This document shows, one piece after another, positions 1-6,928 of a stretch of DNA of 25,764 nt. The translations under genes were made by a program, and so were the position numbers. The DNA lies in the IMG/VR virus record IMGVR_UViG_3300042566_000740, positions 1 through 25,764 of that record; one strand, written 5' to 3'. The stretch's first letter is position 1. The number at the start of each line of letters is the position of its first letter. A model generated the notes under the pieces. The model was not told the origin of the DNA, ran no database searches, and saw only the letters and a program-made list of their open reading frames with translations. This stretch comes from a virus. Its lineage: Duplodnaviria; Caudoviricetes.

Positions 1-2
1 CA

Positions 3-158
3 ATATTTGAACAACAAGTTTTAAAACAATTGCAAGATGCTGTTGAATGCTTAAAAAAGGCTTATGTTTATGCGCACCGTGTTGATTGGTTTTTAGCTGG
101 TGACGATGGCAATGAAAATTTTATTAAGCGATTAAATGAAGAATTAAACGAATTATGA
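3..158 (+). CDS. Partial (5'-truncated) phage hypothetical protein
   Basis: Open frame 3 from the window edge: IFEQQVLKQLQDAVECLKKAYVYAHRVDWFLAGDDGNENFIKRLNEELNEL*. TGA overlaps the next ATG (ATGA). Not in the supplied ORF track. Confidence 0.75.
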   Translation: MFEQQVLKQLQDAVECLKKAYVYAHRVDWFLAGDDGNENFIKRLNEELNEL

Positions 159-529
159 AAGAACAAAACCTATACAAAGCCCTGCAAGCTAAACATTCAA
201 AGCAAGGTATTTTATTTCGAAACAATACCGGAACAGCATACCAAGGCAGGCGCGGAATAGTAAACGGCATGATAATGCTTTCAGACCCGCGACCTATTAG
301 TTTCGGGCTTTGTGTAGGTAGTTCTGATTTAATCGGATGGACTGAAATAATTGTAACACCTGATATGGTAGGTAAAAAAATTGCTATATTTACCGCTGTT
401 GAAGTTAAAAATGAAAAAGGCATGGCAACAAAAGAACAGCTTAAATTTTTGCAGGCTGTGCGAAACGCTGGGGGTATAGCACGATTAACAAGATATATTG
501 ATAACGAATTTAAAAATGAAGATATATGA
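155..529 (+). CDS. VRR-NUC domain nuclease (PD-(D/E)xK)
   Basis: LFRNNTG, GSSDLIG, AVEVK and 'ATKEQLKFLQAVRNAGGIA' match the phage VRR-NUC pattern; 124 aa. Confidence 0.88.
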   Translation: MKEQNLYKALQAKHSKQGILFRNNTGTAYQGRRGIVNGMIMLSDPRPISFGLCVGSSDLIGWTEIIVTPDMVGKKIAIFTAVEVKNEKGMATKEQLKFLQAVRNAGGIARLTRYIDNEFKNEDI

Positions 530-738
530 CAGCAATAGAATGGTTAATGCTTGAAAAGGCATTAGTTGGATATATTGATGATGAAATGGTTGAACAAGCC
601 AAAGAAATTGAAAAGCAGCAGATAATAGAAGCACACGGTATAAAAACAACACGTGGTGAACGCCAAGGAATTTCTTTTTGGGAACGTAAAACAGGAGAAC
701 AATATTACAATGAAACCTACAAAAAAAATAACTTATGA
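526..738 (+). CDS. Small phage protein, 'MTA(I/V)E(W/F)L...YYnETY' family
   Basis: MTAIEWL...EQAKEIEKQQI...EQYYNETYKK; ATGA coupling on both sides; paralogue at 4105-4308. Confidence 0.8.
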   Translation: MTAIEWLMLEKALVGYIDDEMVEQAKEIEKQQIIEAHGIKTTRGERQGISFWERKTGEQYYNETYKKNNL

Positions 739-1346
739 CTAACGAAGCTGAAAGACTATTAGAAGACTTAAAACAGGAAGCTATCCGAATGGATGCCTAT
801 ATTAAAGACGATACTAAGCGCGAAAATTACCGAAATATAAAAGAAAAACAGCTACTAACTTTACAAAATGTCATATTAGCACTTGAGGAAAAAGAACAAT
901 CAATATTTGAAAAATCAATCATTTTTCCACATAGCAAAGATTTAGAACAGATAATTTTAGGCGCTATTCTTTTAGAATCAGATGCAAAAGATAAAGTAAG
1001 TTTTTTAAAATCCGAGCATTTTTATTTTGAAAATCACAAACAAATATTTGATGTTTGCAGTTCGGTTGAAAAATGCGACATAATAACAGTAGCGGAAAAA
1101 TTAAAATATCAATGCGGCGGACCTGCTTATTTGGCTGAAATGACAAACCGCGTGGCTTCAACTGCAAATATAGAAGTACATGCCAGAATACTAATTCAAA
1201 AACACATACAGCGCGAACTAATAAAAGTATCAGTTGAAATGATAAACACAATTATGAATGATATTGAAGACGTTTTTGAAACGGTAAAAAATCACATGCA
1301 AAAAATTAAACAATTTAATGTAGGTAAACAAATCATAAGACAATGA
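735..1346 (+). CDS. Protein with N-terminal coiled coil plus DnaB-like helicase N-terminal domain (no ATPase domain)
   Basis: PHSKDLEQIILGAILLE, LKSEHFYFENHKQIF, DIITVAEKL, GGPAYLAEMT and STANIEVHARILIQKHIQRELI follow the DnaB N-terminal domain pattern; the ORF ends before any Walker motif. Confidence 0.85.
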   Translation: MTNEAERLLEDLKQEAIRMDAYIKDDTKRENYRNIKEKQLLTLQNVILALEEKEQSIFEKSIIFPHSKDLEQIILGAILLESDAKDKVSFLKSEHFYFENHKQIFDVCSSVEKCDIITVAEKLKYQCGGPAYLAEMTNRVASTANIEVHARILIQKHIQRELIKVSVEMINTIMNDIEDVFETVKNHMQKIKQFNVGKQIIRQ

Positions 1347-3058
1347 AACAAGATAAACTAATAGACTGGGAACAAAAACCAAAACAGCAGACTAAAAAAC
1401 CAAAAGCAGAACGCGCACAATCCACAGCACCCGAAACTGACAAAAAAGGTTTTATAGGCGGTTATTTTAGACCTTTAGGATGGGGAACTGAAGAGGGACA
1501 AATGCTATATTATTTTTACATTCGTTCAACTATGTCGATAGTAAAGTTTAAAGCTACAGGACTAAATAAAAATAATTTGCTTAGTATAGCACCACTTGAA
1601 TTTTGGTTATCGACTTTTCCAAACCGCGATAATAGTAATTACGATATTACTACAGCATCGGACTATTTGATAAATTTTTGCAACCACGTTGGATTTTACA
1701 ATACCGATAACATACGCGGCCGTGGTGCATGGTTAGAAAAAAACGGCGTTGTATTTCATGCAGGGCAGCAGCTTATTCAAGATAATAATAGATATGGACT
1801 TGGCAGTTTAGATACTAATTATACCTATGTGTATAATAAATGTATTGATATGCCTATTGAAAATCCACTATCTTATGGCGAAGCTGCAATGCTGCCAAAA
1901 CTATTAAGCAAGCTAAATTGGCAAACTAAAGCGGATGCAATGTTATTAACGGGTTGGTTAGCTTTAGCACCTATTTCAGGCATTTTAAAGTGGCGGCCTC
2001 ACGTTTGGATAACAGGACCAAGGGGAAACGGCAAATCATGGGTTTTGGAAAATGTAATAAATGAAGTAATCGGAAACATTGCAGTAAGCGTACAGGGAAC
2101 AGCGGCAACAGAACCAGCAGTTAGGCAAAAATTAAATAGTGATGCACTACCTGTTACAATTGATGAAGGTGAAGGGAACGATGAAAGGGCGGCACAACGT
2201 ATGCAGGAAATTATCGGATTAGCAAGGGCGGCAAGTAGTGAAAAAAGCCCTGCAATTGCAAAAGGCGGAAAAGATGGAAAGGCAATTGATTATTTTGTAA
2301 GAAGCTGTTTTTTATTTGTAAGCATAAACCCACAATTAGTAAATGATTCTGATAAGCGTAGATTTTGCGTTTTAGAACTTAAAAAGTTACCTAATCAGTT
2401 AACATTTAGCGAAGTTGAAAAACTAAGGAATAATGTAATATTTGAAGATTTCGGAAAGCGTTTTCAGGCTCGAATGCTAAACTTAGCAGATAGCATTATG
2501 AAAAGCATAAAAATATTTACACATGCTGTTTCATTATTAACTGAAGATAGGGCGGTAGGTGACCAGTTCGGGGCATTGTTGGGCGGTTGGTGGCATACAT
2601 GGAATGATAAAATAGTTAGTCCTGAGCAGGCACTTGAAGAAGCAGCTACAATTTTAGACTTAAGAAAATATGAAGAAGATAAAGAAGAACTGACAGATGA
2701 ACAAAGATGTTTACAGCAAATTTTAAGTCAAGAAATTCGCATTGAAACTGAAAACTATGTAGGAACAAAAACCATAGGTGAATTAGTCGAATATGCACAC
2801 AATTATCAGCCTTCAATTAAACCATCGCAAGCGGAGGCAAACGAAAGGTTAATGCGTTTAGGAATCCGCGTAATAAATGATGACCTTTTAATACTAAATA
2901 CATCTGTTTATGTCAAAAAAGTTCTAAGCGGAACACCGTGGCAAATATCATGGAACACTATATTATTAAGGCTTAAAGGCGCATCACGGCGAAGTAACAC
3001 GCGTTTTGCAGCGGGTATGTCGGGAAGGTGTGTTTCAATAAATTTAAAAAATTTATAA
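1343..3058 (+). CDS. Phage replicative P-loop ATPase/helicase (primase-associated, DUF927/Cch-like type)
   Basis: Walker A GPRGNGKS, Walker B VTIDEGE, sensor/Arg-finger-like SDKRRF; 571 aa; replication context. The subfamily is an inference. Confidence 0.75.
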   Translation: MKQDKLIDWEQKPKQQTKKPKAERAQSTAPETDKKGFIGGYFRPLGWGTEEGQMLYYFYIRSTMSIVKFKATGLNKNNLLSIAPLEFWLSTFPNRDNSNYDITTASDYLINFCNHVGFYNTDNIRGRGAWLEKNGVVFHAGQQLIQDNNRYGLGSLDTNYTYVYNKCIDMPIENPLSYGEAAMLPKLLSKLNWQTKADAMLLTGWLALAPISGILKWRPHVWITGPRGNGKSWVLENVINEVIGNIAVSVQGTAATEPAVRQKLNSDALPVTIDEGEGNDERAAQRMQEIIGLARAASSEKSPAIAKGGKDGKAIDYFVRSCFLFVSINPQLVNDSDKRRFCVLELKKLPNQLTFSEVEKLRNNVIFEDFGKRFQARMLNLADSIMKSIKIFTHAVSLLTEDRAVGDQFGALLGGWWHTWNDKIVSPEQALEEAATILDLRKYEEDKEELTDEQRCLQQILSQEIRIETENYVGTKTIGELVEYAHNYQPSIKPSQAEANERLMRLGIRVINDDLLILNTSVYVKKVLSGTPWQISWNTILLRLKGASRRSNTRFAAGMSGRCVSINLKNL

Positions 3059-3090
3059 AAATATTTATAAAAAAACTTGCATTTATAAAA
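3051..3090 (+). repeat. Three exact ATTTATAAAA direct repeats around an early promoter
   Basis: Copies at 3051-3060, 3063-3072 and 3081-3090; partial ATTTATAAC at 3118-3126. Confidence 0.6.
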
Positions 3091-3106
3091 AACGGTTGTA
3101 TCTTTG
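3077..3106 (+). promoter_or_regulatory. Bacteroidota primary-sigma promoter (-33 TTG / -7 TAnnTTTG)
   Basis: TTG at 3077-3079, 19-nt spacer, TATCTTTG at 3099-3106; intergenic, upstream of ATG 3148. Confidence 0.8.
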
Positions 3107-3147
3107 TATCACAATTGATTTATAACACAACAAAAAAACTTCAGATT

Positions 3148-3369
3148 ATGACAACTTTAGATGCAATCAAATTAGCAGCACAAATCCAAATCGGTTCAAG
3201 AATTCAAGGTGGCAAACAAGTTATGATAGTAACTCAAATTACACCTAAATGTATTAAAGGTTATTCGGAATATGCTTTTTTAAAATATAACACTAAATCT
3301 GAAATGTGCCTATCTTATGAAAACTTTTTAAATCCACATTACAGTAATAATTATAAAATTTTAGATTAA
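3148..3369 (+). CDS. Hypothetical protein (73 aa)
   Basis: Start reassigned to ATG 3148 (MTTLDAIK...), downstream of the promoter and an A-rich leader; the longer track start at 3028 runs through the promoter. Confidence 0.7.
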   Translation: MTTLDAIKLAAQIQIGSRIQGGKQVMIVTQITPKCIKGYSEYAFLKYNTKSEMCLSYENFLNPHYSNNYKILD

Positions 3370-3382
3370 ATTTAGTTAGGTT

Positions 3383-3409
3383 TACGGTTATCCTCAAACC
3401 GTATTTTTT
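3383..3409 (+). terminator. Intrinsic terminator-like hairpin
   Basis: TACGGTT-atcctca-AACCGTA followed by TTTTTT. Confidence 0.6.
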
Positions 3410-3431
3410 AAAACTTCAAAACTAACTAACA

Positions 3432-3641
3432 ATGGAACTAAAAATGTATTTAGCTTATGATGGTACTTTAATGATACATCAAGTTAATGAAGCGGGCAAA
3501 GATTTATTTTTTCAAGTCGATATTTCACGCGGTTATAATACCAACGAATCAGACTTGGACAATTATGAAGATGAAGCCGACTACTTCAAAGCCTTAAAAC
3601 AATCTATTGCTAACAAATTTAACTTAGAAAAAGAATCATGA
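3432..3641 (+). CDS. Hypothetical protein
   Basis: 69-aa ORF with A-rich leader; ATGA-coupled to the next gene. Confidence 0.7.
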   Translation: MELKMYLAYDGTLMIHQVNEAGKDLFFQVDISRGYNTNESDLDNYEDEADYFKALKQSIANKFNLEKES

Positions 3642-3967
3642 AAGTACAAACAGAAATAACAGAATACGATAATGATAATAAAGAATACATTATTGACATA
3701 ACAGCTGAATATTACGAATATGAAAAAGGCAGCCGTGACAGCTTTGGCGTACCTTTAGAACCTGATTACGGTGCTTATTTTGTTATTGAGGACATTATGA
3801 TAAATGGTAAAAACCATTCGCTTAATGAAATTGCTTTGCTTTTAGATTATTCTGTTGACTATGTTAATGACATTATTCAGGAAGCATTGAGCGATAAAAT
3901 AGAATCTGATTTATATTCTTATTATGACAACCAAATTGATGACTACTATGAAAAAAATTATTATTAG
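3638..3967 (+). CDS. Acidic hypothetical phage protein
   Basis: 109 aa, D/E/Y-rich, motif EKGSRDSFGVPLEPD. Confidence 0.75.
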   Translation: MKVQTEITEYDNDNKEYIIDITAEYYEYEKGSRDSFGVPLEPDYGAYFVIEDIMINGKNHSLNEIALLLDYSVDYVNDIIQEALSDKIESDLYSYYDNQIDDYYEKNYY

Positions 3968-4103
3968 TGCCTTAATTGGCATTTTATTCGGCTTAACAGC
4001 TGGTTTAACACTCGAAAAATTATATCTTATGTTAGCACTTGCATTTATTGGCGGCACATGCCTTGGAATCGGTTTAATTTTGTTAATTGATAAAAAGAAA
4101 TAA
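3948..4103 (+). CDS. Small membrane protein (51 aa, two predicted TM segments)
   Basis: MKKIIISALIGILFGLTAGLTLEKLYLMLALAFIGGTCLGIGLILLIDKKK*; fills the gap between annotated ORFs; not in the supplied track. Confidence 0.7.
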   Translation: MKKIIISALIGILFGLTAGLTLEKLYLMLALAFIGGTCLGIGLILLIDKKK

Positions 4104-4104
4104 T

Positions 4105-4308
4105 ATGACAGCAGTAGAATTTTTAATTAAGCAGGTCGGTTTAGACCATACAGATGTTTGGAAAAAAGAAATTGAAATAGCCTTAGAAATGGAAAGGCAG
4201 CAGATTGAAAATGCTTTTAATGCAGGTGTTAATAGCGAAGATTTCTTTTATTTATCTACTGGAAAATTAGAATGTGAAATATACTATGAAGAAACTTACA
4301 AAAAATAA
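4105..4308 (+). CDS. Small phage protein, 'MTA(I/V)E(W/F)L...YYnETY' family (second copy)
   Basis: MTAVEFL...ALEMERQQIENAFNAG...IYYEETYKK; ATG 4105 lies just after the upstream TAA and aligns with the paralogue start. Confidence 0.78.
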   Translation: MTAVEFLIKQVGLDHTDVWKKEIEIALEMERQQIENAFNAGVNSEDFFYLSTGKLECEIYYEETYKK

Positions 4309-4320
4309 ACTTGGCTAACG

Positions 4321-4447
4321 GCTTTGTCTAAGATTGCGCAGTCTTATGCATTAACTCAACTTTGGATTGAGGCACAAGTAACTTTCGGTGATGTTGAATG
4401 ATTAGATTCTGAAAAAACCGATGACAGCTGGAAAGACAGCATTTTTT
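4321..4447 (+). ncRNA. Candidate structured non-coding RNA
   Basis: Intergenic; several hand-found stems (4330-4345, 4355-4371, 4385-4421, 4427-4440) ending in GCTG-GAAAGA-CAGC plus a T-tract. Family not identified. Confidence 0.4.
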
Positions 4448-4466
4448 AACTTTAAAATAAATAACA

Positions 4467-4622
4467 ATGGAAGAAACAGCATTTGATTTACCAGAAACAA
4501 CAAAGTTAGAAATCATTGAAAAAATTAAAGCATTGGCTTGGGAAATAAGAAATGATTGGAGTGACCCAAGAAATGAATGTAGAAAAATTGTAGAACTTTG
4601 TGAAAAATTAAAACAATTATAA
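4467..4622 (+). CDS. Hypothetical protein (51 aa)
   Basis: MEETAFDLPETTKLEIIEKIKALAWEIRNDWSDPRNECRKIVELCEKLKQL*; conserved A-rich leader; not in the supplied track. Confidence 0.7.
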   Translation: MEETAFDLPETTKLEIIEKIKALAWEIRNDWSDPRNECRKIVELCEKLKQL

Positions 4623-4628
4623 AGTAAA

Positions 4629-4743
4629 TGTCCTGTGGCGGAATTGGTAGACGCTAAATAAGATACTGTTATAAGGGAATACGTGCTCCGCAAGAGTGCT
4701 ACAGTAAAACTAACCCATACAGGTTCGAATCCTGTCAGGACTA
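4629..4743 (+). ncRNA. tRNA-like RNA (Leu-type D arm, canonical T arm, no canonical anticodon arm)
   Basis: Acceptor GTCCTG/CAGGAC, D arm GCG-GAATTGGTAGA-CGC, T arm ACAGG-TTCGAAT-CCTGT, discriminator A, no encoded CCA; 64 nt between the D and T arms. Confidence 0.8.
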
Positions 4744-4767
4744 TTTTTTAACTTCAAAACAAACACA

Positions 4768-5364
4768 ATGAAAACCATACTATTCTTAGCATTACTACTC
4801 CTTATCGGATGTAAGGCACACCAACCCGAACCCGAACTAAATTACGAGCTTATCGATTTAATCGAGGATGACACAATAGGATACGCAACACCTTGCAATT
4901 TAAAAAACAAAGCAACTATACCGACACACGTTGACCATTACATAAAACGTTTTTTAAGAACAGCGCAAAACGAAGCTAAACTATTTAATATTCCCGTTAG
5001 CATAACACTTGCGCAGGGCATTATAGAAAGCAATGCAGGGCGTTCAAATCTTAGCCGCAAACATAACAACCACTTTGGTATTAAACACAGCGGAAAAGGA
5101 AAATATGCAGTTTATAAAGACGACACACCACGCGATAGATTCCAAGTCTATAAATCGCCGTGGTGGTCATATCGGGCGCACAGTAAACTATTAACTTCAA
5201 AACGTTACAAACACCTTACACGGTTAAATAGATTGAATTATAAAGCATGGGCACACGGTTTAAAAAAGTGCGGATATGCAACCGAAAAAAAATATGCTGA
5301 AATACTAATTTCTGTAATAGAAAAATACGACCTTTGGCAATATGATTTTCCAATTTTTCCATGA
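4768..5364 (+). CDS. GH73 glucosaminidase/muramidase (FlgJ-like) with lipoprotein signal peptide
   Basis: IPVSITLAQGIIES (catalytic Glu), NNHFGIK, GYATEKKY (YATD-like motif); N-terminus MKTILFLALLLLIG-C resembles a lipobox. Confidence 0.88.
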   Translation: MKTILFLALLLLIGCKAHQPEPELNYELIDLIEDDTIGYATPCNLKNKATIPTHVDHYIKRFLRTAQNEAKLFNIPVSITLAQGIIESNAGRSNLSRKHNNHFGIKHSGKGKYAVYKDDTPRDRFQVYKSPWWSYRAHSKLLTSKRYKHLTRLNRLNYKAWAHGLKKCGYATEKKYAEILISVIEKYDLWQYDFPIFP

Positions 5365-5584
5365 CAAAATTAAAGGCGATGAATGGTATGTAGTTGAACA
5401 ATTGCCCGGCGGCAATTATAAAGCTATTTGCACGCGTCAAACTAAAGTTTATAAATTAGGCTCAGTTAGAAACTTTTTTTTTGACGATTGCGAAATATGG
5501 ACAAAAGGAAAATTAAAACCTAATAATCATTCTTTAACACTAAAAACAAAATACAATGGTAAACCGCGTAACGCTAATCGGTAG
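5342..5584 (+). CDS. Hypothetical protein
   Basis: 80-aa ORF overlapping both neighbours in operon fashion. Confidence 0.6.
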   Translation: MIFQFFHDKIKGDEWYVVEQLPGGNYKAICTRQTKVYKLGSVRNFFFDDCEIWTKGKLKPNNHSLTLKTKYNGKPRNANR

Positions 5585-5912
5585 GGTTGGCAAAGAACCC
5601 GAACAAAAACAATTTGGCGAAAAGACATTAACAAAATTTAGCTTTGCAACTTCTGAAAGTAGCAAAGACAAAAACGGCGAATGGCAGGAAAAAACACAAT
5701 GGCATCAAGTCAGCTATTGGAATAACATAACAATTGAAAAGGGCGATATGTTATTCATTGAAGGCAAAGTAGAATACCGTGAGCATGAAGGTAAATATTA
5801 TACTGATATTATCGCATCATATTGCAGAAAAATGAACACGGGCCAAAAAGCCACGCCTGTTGAAGTTGAAATATTGCCAGTAAAAAATAATGATGCTGAT
5901 TTGCCTTTTTAA
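5556..5912 (+). CDS. ssb: Single-stranded DNA-binding protein
   Basis: MVNRVTLIGRVGKEPE, FSFATSE, TQWHQV, IEGK OB-fold motifs and C-terminal DADLPF. Confidence 0.95.
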   Translation: MVNRVTLIGRVGKEPEQKQFGEKTLTKFSFATSESSKDKNGEWQEKTQWHQVSYWNNITIEKGDMLFIEGKVEYREHEGKYYTDIIASYCRKMNTGQKATPVEVEILPVKNNDADLPF

Positions 5913-5980
5913 AACTTGTAAATATAAAATTAAAATCTTATTTTTATTACAGTTTTAGTTTTCATTAGTCTTTGGTTTGG

Positions 5981-6014
5981 ACCGCCTGTTTTTGAAGTTC
6001 AGGCGGTTTTTTTT
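5981..6014 (+). terminator. Intrinsic terminator
   Basis: ACCGCCTG...CAGGCGGT stem followed by a T-run. Confidence 0.8.
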
Positions 6015-6025
6015 AAAAGTAAGAT

Positions 6026-6451
6026 ATGTATTTAACATTTGAACAGGCATTTAACATGATTAAGCCAAACGGCGCTAAGAATGCCAACTATTCAGCAACG
6101 AGAATTAGACAGCTTATAAATTTAGGTCATTTAGTTGAGGCTAAACCTGAAATTTTTGTCGATGATAATAGCATATTTGTAAGTTTAGGCTACATTAAAA
6201 CCGAAGGCTTAGTTACTGAGGAATCAGTCAAAAGATATATTTTTGAGCGCAAAGAACTTAAAAACAAGTTAGGTAAGATTCCTAAAAAGAACCGCGAAGT
6301 TAAGGCATATTTTGAAGATGACAGCTATAGTAATTTTATGTCAATAGATGCGGCATGTTTATTTTTTGGCATATCAAGGGATAAGATAATGCGCAGTATT
6401 GAAAAGAAAAAATTTATTAAGGTTAAGAATGAATTGATAAAGTTTGTATGA
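6026..6451 (+). CDS. Putative DNA-binding protein with C-terminal NUMOD1-like HTH
   Basis: FMSIDAACLFFGISRDKIMRSIEKK resembles the NUMOD1 pattern (F.S..eAa..lgi....I); basic protein. Confidence 0.5.
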   Translation: MYLTFEQAFNMIKPNGAKNANYSATRIRQLINLGHLVEAKPEIFVDDNSIFVSLGYIKTEGLVTEESVKRYIFERKELKNKLGKIPKKNREVKAYFEDDSYSNFMSIDAACLFFGISRDKIMRSIEKKKFIKVKNELIKFV

Positions 6452-6609
6452 AACACATCGCAGCAATATCGAAAATAATAGTCTATTTTTTTATTAGCTA
6501 TTTTTTTACATGGCAGTTATCGCTTTTGATATTTTTAGCCATTTTTTTTAACAACTTAGAAAAAAACACACATGTTCAACGAATTAGCAAAAAATATCCA
6601 CGAAGGTAA
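6448..6609 (+). CDS. Small putative membrane protein (53 aa)
   Basis: MKHIAAISKIIVYFFISYFFTWQLSLLIFLAIFFNNLEKNTHVQRISKKYPRR*; ATGA-coupled to the upstream gene; not in the track. Confidence 0.5.
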   Translation: MKHIAAISKIIVYFFISYFFTWQLSLLIFLAIFFNNLEKNTHVQRISKKYPRR

Positions 6610-6928
6610 CAAAGAACGTGGATTTTGGGAAGATGACCGCAAATTAACCGAAGTTGTAATGCTTACAGTTTGCGAATTAGCCGAAGCAATAGAAGCAGAC
6701 CGCGCTGGTAAATGGTGTACCGAACAAGATATTTTACAATATAAAAATATTAGCACACCCGAACGCTTTAAGGAAAACATTAAAGATACTGTTCAAGATG
6801 AAATAGCCGATGCAATTATAAGGCTTTTAGATTTTAGCCATAAATTCAATATTGACTTAGATTTTCATATTAAGGCTAAATTAGATTATAATGCTACAAG
6901 ACCGCACAAACATGGAAAATCTTACTGA
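6572..6928 (+). CDS. MazG-like nucleotide pyrophosphohydrolase
   Basis: ELAEAIEADR and DEIADAIIRLLD give the ExxE...ExxD metal-binding pattern; C-terminal KLDYNATRPHKHGK is typical of phage MazG-like proteins. Confidence 0.85.
   Translation: MFNELAKNIHEGNKERGFWEDDRKLTEVVMLTVCELAEAIEADRAGKWCTEQDILQYKNISTPERFKENIKDTVQDEIADAIIRLLDFSHKFNIDLDFHIKAKLDYNATRPHKHGKSY

Noticed and set aside
124-1251. Minus-strand ORFs 124-423 and 964-1251
   Set aside because: Antisense shadows of well-supported + strand genes (VRR-NUC, DnaB N-terminal protein) with no recognisable motifs.
4405-4440. Hammerhead ribozyme (CTGA...GATGA...GAAA words)
   Set aside because: The core CUGANGA is not contiguous and the three stems cannot be arranged in hammerhead topology.
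4328-4693. 121-aa minus-strand ORF
   Set aside because: Runs antisense across the tRNA-like RNA, a 51-aa + ORF and the candidate ncRNA, in an otherwise all-plus arm.
4629-4743. Calling this a standard tRNA-Leu, tmRNA or intron-containing tRNA
   Set aside because: No canonical anticodon stem-loop can be placed; there is a full D arm, no G3:U70 pair and no tag ORF as in tmRNA; the insert is far too short for a self-splicing intron.
5216-6780. Minus-strand ORFs 5216-5440 and 6556-6780
   Set aside because: Antisense to the GH73 and MazG-like genes; no independent support.
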